DNA of 40,000 bases from Thalassomonas actiniarum (GTDB taxonomy: Bacteria; Pseudomonadota; Gammaproteobacteria; Enterobacterales; Alteromonadaceae): the NCBI RefSeq assembly GCF_000948975.2, contig NZ_CP059735.1:4422603-4462602 (forward strand), read 5' to 3'. Within the stretch, counting starts at the first letter, position 1; each line of letters begins with the position of its first letter. The notes below the pieces were generated by a model. That model was not told the origin of the DNA. It was given only the letters and a program-made list of their open reading frames with translations, and ran no database searches. The position numbers and the translations under genes were made by a program. Shown in pieces: positions 16,252-23,483 of this stretch.

Positions 16252-16827
16252 TTTCTTTATCTTGATAATCCATACAACAGACATATTCTTCGGACGAATT
16301 TCTGACGAATCAAATTTAACCTTTATTAAACCACCAGGCGCGCTCCAGTGCCCTCCAAACGGAAAAGAAGTGTTAATTCCACTTTTCGGTATAGTTACCG
16401 GTTCATGAGTATAAGCACCAGGCCCAGTATTTTGAATTGAAAACGACTTCCAATCATGATCTTGCATTATGCCAGAGCTATTACTACCTCGTAAAAAGCG
16501 TGCCTCACCATTCAAGTTAGGTACTTTCTTTTTATAAAAAGGCGACTCTTCATCAAAAACGGTTTGTCCGTCGCATTCAAGCCATTGTTCGCCTAACTCA
16601 AGAGAGTTTTCCATTCCTTTATGCCAAGCTATGATTGCTCCAATAGGTAAGCCATTTGAAACTACTTGCACTTCGGCTATTTCTTCTTTTATAAATCCTA
16701 GCTTGCCGTCACCATAATTAAATGAAACGTTACCAACGTATAAAAGAGCTAGGAATATAGACAAAAGTAAAAAAGATAATGCTATTAGCCATTTTGGGGT
16801 TTGCTCTATAAGTTTATTCCAATCCAC
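16246..16827 (-). CDS. Cassette 6 membrane-anchored protein with a phage tail-collar-like domain
   Basis: 193 aa with a GTG start and SD AGGAG 6 nt upstream. It has an N-terminal TM helix. LPIGAIIAW...QWLECDGQTV...VPNLNGEARFLRGS...IRPKNMSVVWIIKI resembles the tail-collar pattern (G-x-I-x-W, W-x-x-CDG, P-[DN]-L-x-G-x-F-x-RG, RP-x-N...I-I-K). Confidence 0.45.
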   Translation of the reverse strand: MDWNKLIEQTPKWLIALSFLLLSIFLALLYVGNVSFNYGDGKLGFIKEEIAEVQVVSNGLPIGAIIAWHKGMENSLELGEQWLECDGQTVFDEESPFYKKKVPNLNGEARFLRGSNSSGIMQDHDWKSFSIQNTGPGAYTHEPVTIPKSGINTSFPFGGHWSAPGGLIKVKFDSSEIRPKNMSVVWIIKIKKS

Positions 16828-16850
16828 ATTACTCTCCTTTTACCCTAAAG

Positions 16851-16934
16851 GCACAACGACTTAACCAACTGATCTCATTGCATTTTGTGCGGAACACCCA
16901 GTAATAAAACTCCGATAACATTAACTTGTTAGGC
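16851..16934 (-). repeat. attC of cassette 5
   Basis: The plus strand reads gcacaacgacttaac...ataacattaacttgttaggc. R'' GCCTAAC is the exact complement of the cassette's own 5' GTTAGGC (17456-17450). The left (R') box GTTGTGC is atypical. Confidence 0.7.
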
Positions 16935-17444
16935 ATTTTGGTCCCGCAAATATAATAGAGCAAACCGCCAATCTTCTAAAACTTTACATAAACCACCAAA
17001 ATCAGTTGATTCACCGATAATCACTTTAATTCCAGTGTATAAAGGAAACTCAGTATCTTCATTAATTCCGAAGTACCGAAGCGTCTTAGTTGTTCCGTTA
17101 ACCGGCCACGAAATCCACTCTTCATTGTGTTTGAAGAAGTTGGCAAGAGCATTAATTAACTCTACATGGGTGTAATCGTGGTAATTAGTTTCTTTATACT
17201 TATAAAGTTCAATTTTGCTATAGTTAGATTTTTGTATTTTATTTATATCGCTAACCGTGCCAACTGCATAAGCTTGACATGCGACCAATAATGCTCCGTG
17301 GAAAGATTCAGCGTACTCCATTGCTGTTAACCCATCCATAATACCTTCTGTGGAAAAACTTATTAACTCAGCAACTGCATTTGTTGATGCTGTACTAAGA
17401 ACTCTTAGTGGAGCTGACCGGTAATCCATTTCTTTATAATGCAT
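16929..17444 (-). CDS. Cassette 5 hypothetical protein (171 aa from ATG 17444)
   Basis: The track start at 17528 would read through the upstream attC. ATG 17444 is the first start inside the cassette, 6 nt after the GTTAGGC core. No confident motif. Confidence 0.6.
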   Translation of the reverse strand: MHYKEMDYRSAPLRVLSTASTNAVAELISFSTEGIMDGLTAMEYAESFHGALLVACQAYAVGTVSDINKIQKSNYSKIELYKYKETNYHDYTHVELINALANFFKHNEEWISWPVNGTTKTLRYFGINEDTEFPLYTGIKVIIGESTDFGGLCKVLEDWRFALLYLRDQNA

Positions 17445-17449
17445 ATGTA

Positions 17450-17537
17450 GCCTAACGCTTGTGTATGAGGATTTTAATAAAAGCTTTGGCGCGTAGCGAC
17501 ATTTTATTAAAATTCCTGCATGACACACTTGTTACAT
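17450..17537 (-). repeat. attC of cassette 4
   Basis: The plus strand reads gcctaacgcttgtgtatgaggattttaataaaag...attttattaaaattcctgcatgacacacttgttacat. R'' ATGTAAC is the exact complement of the cassette's own 5' GTTACAT (18085-18079). Confidence 0.85.
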
Positions 17538-17539
17538 AC

Positions 17540-18049
17540 TTATAACTTGGTTGAAAGCCAAATAGCAAATTTTGTCGAGTATTTTACGACCCAGTGTATT
17601 GGTAAATATATGAAAGAGTTAGAGCCATGAAGTTGTCCGTATCTTTGGTGCTCCTCTTCATCTGATTTAATACTTAAGACAGCCTCGTAAGCGGTAGTGC
17701 TGTTTAATTTTAAGTAATTTAATTGTTCATCTAAATGGTGAAGGACAGTGCTTTCAATTGCGTTTGTACACACCCAAATTGATTTTCGGCCTAATAGGGC
17801 TGTAATTATCCCTAAAACAAAGCCGCCAAACGCCCAGAACCAGAGAGCATAACAATGGCGCACTTCATTGTTTTGTAACCATAGATCAAAACGTTGAAAG
17901 TGCTCTTTTTCATGTTCAAGCATTTCTGCTAATTTAGGTTTGATATCTTTATAAAGGAGGTTGGCTATTAACATCTGGGATCTGTAAATATTAATAGCTC
18001 CAAACTCACCAGCATGGTCAACTCTAATGATTCTCTCAACTTCTTTCAT
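17540..18049 (-). CDS. Cassette 4 COQ7-like (demethoxyubiquinone hydroxylase family) di-iron carboxylate protein
   Basis: 169 aa. RVDHAGEFGAINIY, EHEKEH and SDEEEHQ are E-x-x-H-type di-iron ligand motifs typical of COQ7. Confidence 0.75.
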   Translation of the reverse strand: MKEVERIIRVDHAGEFGAINIYRSQMLIANLLYKDIKPKLAEMLEHEKEHFQRFDLWLQNNEVRHCYALWFWAFGGFVLGIITALLGRKSIWVCTNAIESTVLHHLDEQLNYLKLNSTTAYEAVLSIKSDEEEHQRYGQLHGSNSFIYLPIHWVVKYSTKFAIWLSTKL

Positions 18050-18078
18050 ATTAGATGGTGCCGGATAATTTCAGGAGT

Positions 18079-18136
18079 ATGTAACGCTGCAAACACCGGA
18101 GCAGCTTGCTGCGTCCGGCGTTTTGCCTTGTTATTG
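18079..18136 (-). repeat. attC of cassette 3
   Basis: The plus strand reads atgtaacgctgcaaacaccggagcagcttgctgcgtccggcgttttgccttgttattg. R'' is CAATAAC, against the cassette's own 5' GTTATTC (6/7). Confidence 0.8.
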
Positions 18137-18427
18137 GCTGCCAGCTGTAACCACAAACCTGGCAACGTTGAAAATAGCTTGAAGCGTAAACGGAAGATGC
18201 TAAAGACACCCACCACCGCTACGCACCAAGCCGTGAATTTTGAGCCCGACACTACAGCCAGAACAAGCTAATGACTTTACCACCTTTAGTGCTTTTGAAA
18301 AAGAAAGAGGAAAGTCTATTAGCGGGAACATCTAACCGTTCCGGCGAAAACCCACCGGAATCACGCACTAAAGCCAGCTAGGAAATACCGCTATTTCCAA
18401 AATATTTAGCATGAACTAGCGGTGGCC
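18137..18427 (-). other. Cassette 3: ORF-less cassette (about 290 bp between two attC sites)
   Basis: No ORF of 60 aa or more is confined to the cassette. The best internal minus-strand ORF is 43 aa (ATG 18331, MFPLIDFPLSF...) with a poor SD. It contains the hairpins GGAAATA-ccgc-TATTTCC (18381-18398) and TTCCGG-cgaaaaccca-CCGGAA (18339-18360). Confidence 0.6.
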
Positions 18428-18541
18428 GAATAACGCCCGCAACACCGGTGGCAAAAGCGGAGCGGCTTTGTGCTAAAATTTGCGAAGCAAATGCACAATG
18501 GCGCGTAGCTTTTGACATCCGTGTGCTTGCGCTTGTTATGC
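18428..18541 (-). repeat. attC of cassette 2 (long, 114 bp)
   Basis: The plus strand reads gaataacgcccgcaacaccggtggc...gtgtgcttgcgcttgttatgc. R'' GCATAAC is the exact complement of the cassette's own 5' GTTATGC (19049-19043). Confidence 0.8.
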
Positions 18542-19024
18542 CTGAACATTGAGCGACATTAGCTTGGCATTCATGCCGTAGCTTGAACAAATAGATGCAT
18601 TATGAACCTCTCGGAAGCCGAACTTGAACCAATAACCCCCTGATCCTTGAACGGCGACAAGAAGTACACGATTAAATTGCCTCAATTTAGCTACTTGTAT
18701 GAGCTTACTTGACAGTTGCTTCCCTATACCTGACTCCCTTGCATTATTACTTACCGCCAAATCGTGAAGATATAAGGTATCACCAGCAGACTTGCGAGGA
18801 AGCTCTTCAAATAATTTAGGTGGCTCATCGGAATTCCAAGGGTGAGCGAGCAAGTACCCTAAAATCTCATTGCTGCTGGATTGAAACACAAAGCAGGTTT
18901 CAGGCGATGCTTTCCATTTGCTTTTAAGTACATCGACTTCCTCTGGTGGAACTCCTGTATATGCTTCCTCTTGCACCTTAAGGATTCCTTGCCATGACTT
19001 TTCTGATATTTCGACTATAGACAT
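18536..19024 (-). CDS. Cassette 2 GNAT-family N-acetyltransferase (162 aa from ATG 19024)
   Basis: The acetyl-CoA pocket motif is HDLAVSNNARESGIGKQLSSKLIQ (R/Q-x-x-G-x-G/A). The track start at 19102 lies inside the upstream attC, so I moved it to MSIVEISEKSW. Confidence 0.8.
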   Translation of the reverse strand: MSIVEISEKSWQGILKVQEEAYTGVPPEEVDVLKSKWKASPETCFVFQSSSNEILGYLLAHPWNSDEPPKLFEELPRKSAGDTLYLHDLAVSNNARESGIGKQLSSKLIQVAKLRQFNRVLLVAVQGSGGYWFKFGFREVHNASICSSYGMNAKLMSLNVQA

Positions 19025-19042
19025 TACTTGATTCCAAGGATG

Positions 19043-19111
19043 GCATAACGCATGCATTTGCGGAAAATTGGAGCGCAGCGGAAATTTTTCCGTAACATGC
19101 ACTTGTTATGT
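19043..19111 (-). repeat. attC of cassette 1
   Basis: The plus strand reads gcataacgcatgcatttgcggaaaatt...aatttttccgtaacatgcacttgttatgt. R'' ACATAAC is the exact complement of GTTATGT at the attI junction (19367-19361). Confidence 0.85.
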
Positions 19112-19354
19112 TTATTTTGCACTCTTTTTCCATAATATGAACTTACCTTTAAAAGCACAAACGATAAAATAAACAGCAATTACAGATAAAACAATGGGAT
19201 ACAAGATCCAGTACTCATTATGCGATTCAGGGAAATAGTGTTCACTAATTTGAACAAAGATATATCGGTCAATTGCAAATGCGAATAACGAAAATGAAAT
19301 AAGAATAGAAATTATGCACTTAGCATTTTTAGTCACAATTGTTCCTTCGGCCAT
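19112..19354 (-). CDS. Cassette 1 small membrane protein (80 aa from ATG 19354)
   Basis: Two TM helices (IISILISFSLFAFAI; ILYPIVLSVIAVYFIVCAF). The track's TTG start at 19384 lies upstream of the attI/cassette junction. Confidence 0.5.
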   Translation of the reverse strand: MAEGTIVTKNAKCIISILISFSLFAFAIDRYIFVQISEHYFPESHNEYWILYPIVLSVIAVYFIVCAFKGKFILWKKSAK

Positions 19355-19360
19355 CGATAA

Positions 19361-19388
19361 ACATAACAGCTTAGCAGTCGGCAAAAAA
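19361..19388 (-). other. attI recombination site (core GTTATGT plus an adjacent inverted half-site)
   Basis: The minus strand reads gccgactGCTAAGCtGTTATGTtt. GTTATGT matches the R'' of cassette 1, which places the crossover at G(19367)/TT. The extent of attI towards intI is uncertain. Confidence 0.55.
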
Positions 19389-19404
19389 CCGTATTTAAAT
19401 ACAG
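19389..19404. promoter_or_regulatory. LexA-box-like palindrome between attI and intI
   Basis: CCGTATTTAAATACAG differs from the gammaproteobacterial SOS box CTGT-N8-ACAG at one position. It sits within a 28-bp near-palindrome, aaaaaaccgtatttaaatacagtttttt. A possible plus-strand promoter, TTAGCA (19371-19376)-18 nt-TTAAAT (19395-19400), overlaps it. Confidence 0.4.
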
Positions 19405-19558
19405 TTTTTTCCCGTCTTTAAATAATTTAATAAAATGTAAAATATACATTCCCCTTATCATATCAAGCCATTAGTATTATTTCGAGAATTGAAGAAATAA
19501 TAAAAATACCTTTTTTTGCCGTCTAATAAGGCTATCAATTAAAGAACGTCTAAACTGT

Positions 19559-20560
19559 ATGAATATACAGCAATCATTAAGGGCAATATCAATGTCCCAA
19601 TCTCCATTCTTAGCCTATATCAACGAATTTATGATCACCCGCAGATATGCCAAAAGAACCATAGAAACATACCTCTACTGGGTGAAGAAATATATCCTTT
19701 TTCATAACAAAAAGCATCCTTCAACTTTAGGCGAGCATGATGTTGAGTATTTTTTAACTTACCTGTCAGCACAAAACAATGTTGCCCCCGGCACTCAAGC
19801 AATAGCCCTGAATGCCCTGGTATTTCTTTATAAAGAAATCATTCAAGCCCCGCTATCCTTAAACCTGGATTTCAATAAATCGTCACGTCAGGCAAAACTG
19901 CCTACGGTACTCACCCCGGAAGAAGTAAGCACCTTATTGAATGCGGTATCCGCACAATATTCTTTACCGGCTCAACTCATGTATGGCAATGGTTTACGGT
20001 TAATGGAAACCATAAGAATGCGAATTCAAGATATAGATTTTGATTATCTATGCCTGTTGATATGGCGTGGTAAAGGCAATAAACACCGCAGGGTGACCTT
20101 AGCTAAAGAACTGGTTGAACCGCTCAAGCATCAAATAGCCAGCTGCAAAAAATATTACGGCATAGATATGAAAAATAAAGATTACCTTGGGGTGTGGTTA
20201 CCTCATGCACTGGCAAAAAAGTATCCCGCAGCACCGAAAGAGTTAGGTTGGCATTATTTATTTCCCTCTGCCCGCTTGAGTCGGGATCCTCATGCCAATA
20301 ACGCACTCAGGCGTCATCATATTGATGAAAGCTGTTTACAAAAAGCCGTGAAGCATGCAGCAAAACAAGCAAGAATAACGAAAAATGTCAGTTGTCATAC
20401 GTTACGTCATAGCTTTGCAACCCATTTATTACAACGTGGTTGTGACATTCGCACCGTACAAGAACAATTGGGACATATCGATGTCCGCACCACTCAAATT
20501 TATACCCATGTCATTCAGGCCGGAGCCGATGGGGTGCGTAGCCCGTTAAGTGATTTATAA
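19559..20560 (+). CDS. intI: Integron integrase IntI (tyrosine recombinase)
   Basis: 333 aa, similar along its length to my recollection of Vibrio cholerae IntIA. Shared segments include RYAKRTIETYLYWVKKYILFHNKKHPS, GLRLMETIRMRIQDIDFDY, the IntI-specific insertion LPHALAKKYPAAPKELGWHYLFPS, HTLRHSFATHLL and GHIDVRTTQIYTHV (catalytic Tyr). The R-K-H-R-H-Y residues are all present. A later start (MSQSPF, 19592) is possible. Confidence 0.94.
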   Translation: MNIQQSLRAISMSQSPFLAYINEFMITRRYAKRTIETYLYWVKKYILFHNKKHPSTLGEHDVEYFLTYLSAQNNVAPGTQAIALNALVFLYKEIIQAPLSLNLDFNKSSRQAKLPTVLTPEEVSTLLNAVSAQYSLPAQLMYGNGLRLMETIRMRIQDIDFDYLCLLIWRGKGNKHRRVTLAKELVEPLKHQIASCKKYYGIDMKNKDYLGVWLPHALAKKYPAAPKELGWHYLFPSARLSRDPHANNALRRHHIDESCLQKAVKHAAKQARITKNVSCHTLRHSFATHLLQRGCDIRTVQEQLGHIDVRTTQIYTHVIQAGADGVRSPLSDL

Positions 20561-20581
20561 TCCCAAAAAATCCGTCAAGAT

Positions 20582-20610
20582 AGCGCCAGTCAGCTTGACT
20601 GACTGGCGCT
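20582..20610. terminator. Hairpin between the convergent intI and peptidase genes
   Basis: A perfect 12-bp stem, AGCGCCAGTCAG-cttga-CTGACTGGCGCT. The flanking A/T runs are weak. Confidence 0.55.
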
Positions 20611-20649
20611 AAACAAATACCGGCTTAACCAAAAAGAAACCTTAGCGAT

Positions 20650-23115
20650 TTACAGCTTGGTCTCAAACAACTTGTATATACGGCGATACTCATCCAACCA
20701 AGAACTTGGCTGAACGAAACCATGAGGCTCCACCGGGTAAATCGCGGTTTCAAAGTCTTGTTTTTCCAACTCAATTAACCTTTGCACCAAACGCACCGTA
20801 TCCTGGAAGAATACATTGTCATCTACCATAGGAGCGTTGATCAGCAATGGCTTGGTCAAGCCTTCGGCGAAATAAATCGGTGAGCTGCGCTCATAGGCAA
20901 TGGCATCATCTTCCGGGGTATTCAAAATATTGGAGGTATAACCATGGTTGTAATGGGCCCAATCAGACACTAAGCGAATGGCCGCACCTGTCTGGAATAA
21001 CTCAGGATCGGTAAAGAGCGACATCAAGGTCAGGAAACCGCCATAAGAGCCGCCGTACGTCCCTACCCTGTCTTTATCAACATTGGCATTTTCTACCACC
21101 CAGTTCACCGCATCACGCATATCCTGCACTTCCGGTTTACCCATGTGGCGGTAAATGGCGGTACGCCAGTCCCGGCCATAACCTTCCGATGCCCGGTAAT
21201 CAGGATCCATCACCACGTAGCCTTGCTGGGCCAGCATGCTGTTAAACATAAATTCGCGGAAATAAACCGACCAGCCCAAATGGGCATTTTGCAGATAACC
21301 GGCGCCATGGGTGAACATAACCGCGCGGCGTTTTTCTGCGCTTTTATCGAAATTCTTCGGCAGATACACTTTGGTATATATCGGCTGTTCCTGATGGCTT
21401 GAAGGAATGGCTACCACGGAAGGTGCCGTCCACGGCAGACTCAGGAATTTCTCAGAAACGGTATGAGTTAAACGCACCGCTGTTGCCCCGGCAACGGCAT
21501 CTTGCACATATAACTCCGGCGGCATGGTAATTTCAGAGTGTTCTATTAACAGCTTAGATTCATCATTGCTCAGCTGGTAATCGTTTTTTCCGCCCAGGTC
21601 AGTCAGCGCGGTAACTTCACCTTTACCAATATCTAAAGAATAGATTTCATAAATGCCCGGGTGCTTTTTATTGCCTTTAAAGTACAGGGTTTGCTCGTCT
21701 CTTGATAAGGTCAAATCACGTACTTCATACTTACCGCTTGTCAGCTGGGTCGCTTTTTCGCCTAAGGCTTTCACATAAACATGGGAGTAGCCGCTTTCTT
21801 CTGACAGGTAATAAAGCTTATCGCTGTTGTTTAACCAGCCAAATTCGTTAAACGACCAGTTGATCCAGGCATCGTCGTGCAACCTGTGCTGAGAAACCAG
21901 GCTATTTTCTTTAAAGTCTACCGTGGCAATCCAGCGGTCTTTGTTATCCCAGGCTTCAAGCATTACCGCTAATTGCTGGCCATTTTTATGCCATTGGATC
22001 GGGAAACTGGCGCGAATAACATGAATATCGCGCGGCTGTTTTTCCGAGCTGTATTCTTTGCCCTGGCGCTGATAATTTTCTTCGCGCACCTTGGCCAATA
22101 CATCCTGGTCAAAACCGGGTAAGCTCTCATAGCTCAGCTCGGCTTTTTCCATGCTGTTTAAATCCAAGATCAGCAGCGTTTCGCTGTATTTGCGGTTATC
22201 GGATACCCGCGAGCGCACCTGCTGTGCCTTTATCTGGGCGTCACCGGCAATATAGTTGGGCATAATATCGTTCGGATAACGATCCGCCACGTCCTCGGCA
22301 ATACTGACAAATAATTTATCCCCGGCAGGCGATAAGCTGGCGTGAACAATTTTATTGCCCTCGCCCAGGTAAAAATCTGTTTTGGTAATGGCCTTGTTGC
22401 CTTTTTTCAGCGCATCTTTTTGCTGCTTGGCTAATTTGGCATTTCTGTGTTGCAGGGCAACATAGTCAATTAACTTATGCTGCTCTTTGCCGATATAGGT
22501 ATCCGGCTCCTTGATGCCTTCCGGCTCATCGGCAATCAATAAATTGGCCAGTTCGGTTACCTGGTTGGTTTCAAGATCATGGCGATAAAAGGTATTGCCC
22601 GCCCGATAGGCAACATTGCCATCGGCAAGAAACATCACAGAATATTCATAAGCCGAGGTAAAGGTTAACTGACGAACTTTCTTGCTGGCAAGGTCTTTAA
22701 CAAAAACATTACCTTCAAATTCATAGGCTTCCAAGGTGCCGTTATTATTGGTAACCGCGTACATATCAGAAGCGGCGTGCATGTTGGCTAATGTCACCTG
22801 CTTGCCATTGCCTTCAGTGCCGGTCGTTTTACGGTATAAGTCCCTTATCGGAGAACCTTCGCGTTTTTGTTTGAAAAATACCGTCTGGTTGTCATCTCCC
22901 CAATACCAGGACTCGGGCGCACGCCCTAACCAGTCGGGATCTGCCATTATCTGCTTCAGGGTAATAATATCGCTGTTATCCATACCGGCTGCAGGCGCGG
23001 CTTTAACCACTTCGGCAGCTTTTTCCGGTTTGCTAACAGATGACGGTGTATTTTGATTAGCGGCACAGGCAACCAAAGAAAAACTGATTGCGGCGGCGAG
23101 TAATTGTAATTTCAT
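20650..23115 (-). CDS. S9-family serine peptidase (prolyl oligopeptidase / DPP IV-like), lipoprotein
   Basis: Catalytic GGSYGGF, plus C-terminal Asp and His regions (PMVDDNV; EPHGF). The N-terminal part is beta-propeller-like. I prefer ATG 23115 (MKLQLLAAAISFSLVAC, lipobox) over the track start at 23214. Confidence 0.85.
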   Translation of the reverse strand: MKLQLLAAAISFSLVACAANQNTPSSVSKPEKAAEVVKAAPAAGMDNSDIITLKQIMADPDWLGRAPESWYWGDDNQTVFFKQKREGSPIRDLYRKTTGTEGNGKQVTLANMHAASDMYAVTNNNGTLEAYEFEGNVFVKDLASKKVRQLTFTSAYEYSVMFLADGNVAYRAGNTFYRHDLETNQVTELANLLIADEPEGIKEPDTYIGKEQHKLIDYVALQHRNAKLAKQQKDALKKGNKAITKTDFYLGEGNKIVHASLSPAGDKLFVSIAEDVADRYPNDIMPNYIAGDAQIKAQQVRSRVSDNRKYSETLLILDLNSMEKAELSYESLPGFDQDVLAKVREENYQRQGKEYSSEKQPRDIHVIRASFPIQWHKNGQQLAVMLEAWDNKDRWIATVDFKENSLVSQHRLHDDAWINWSFNEFGWLNNSDKLYYLSEESGYSHVYVKALGEKATQLTSGKYEVRDLTLSRDEQTLYFKGNKKHPGIYEIYSLDIGKGEVTALTDLGGKNDYQLSNDESKLLIEHSEITMPPELYVQDAVAGATAVRLTHTVSEKFLSLPWTAPSVVAIPSSHQEQPIYTKVYLPKNFDKSAEKRRAVMFTHGAGYLQNAHLGWSVYFREFMFNSMLAQQGYVVMDPDYRASEGYGRDWRTAIYRHMGKPEVQDMRDAVNWVVENANVDKDRVGTYGGSYGGFLTLMSLFTDPELFQTGAAIRLVSDWAHYNHGYTSNILNTPEDDAIAYERSSPIYFAEGLTKPLLINAPMVDDNVFFQDTVRLVQRLIELEKQDFETAIYPVEPHGFVQPSSWLDEYRRIYKLFETKL

Positions 23116-23483
23116 AAGATGTCGATGCTTATTGTTATTAAAATAACGTCCGGTGTTTGGGAAAAATTGAATGCGCTCAATAATAAAAGTATTCGCCGCC
23201 AATGTATACGGCAATTACCGCCGTATTTCCCCCGCTTATCGCAAACATAAGGTAAAGAGAGCCCGTACCTGTAAGCATAACTGTACGCTTAAAATTAACA
23301 TGCCAATGCCGGTGAATTTTGCTATAATCGCGCGCCCGTTTCGCTGTGAACTTTCCTAAAATAAGTGCTGCGAGCCGGGGCAGTCGGTTTTTATCGGTGT
23401 TTTATGGTCCAGATCATAAAACCCTTAAATTTTATTAAAATCCAGACAGGTGAAAACTTGTCGGCAGAGCCAGAGCAAAAGTT

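Larger units (their letters stand above)
9116..20560. mobile_element. Complete chromosomal integron: intI, attI and a 14-cassette array (cassettes on the minus strand)
   Basis: An IntI-type tyrosine recombinase is divergent from an array of short single-ORF units. Each unit ends in an imperfect palindrome bounded on the plus strand by yTAACGC ... CTTGTTAr (R' and R'' boxes). See the individual attC entries. Confidence 0.93.

Noticed and set aside
17445-17528. N-terminal extensions proposed by the ORF track. This one applies to the cassette 5 ORF. The same issue occurs at 19025-19102 (GNAT), 19355-19384 (cassette 1), 13081-13101 (cassette 10) and 23116-23214 (peptidase).
   Set aside because: The extensions lie inside the upstream attC or attI. 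For the peptidase, the extension precedes an obvious lipoprotein signal. An internal ATG inside the cassette or at the signal peptide is preferred.
18014-18590. ORFs 18014-18271 (+), 18046-18252 (-) and 18378-18590 (-)
   Set aside because: Each reads through an attC site or into the neighbouring cassette. They are Ala/Arg-rich translations of palindromic DNA.
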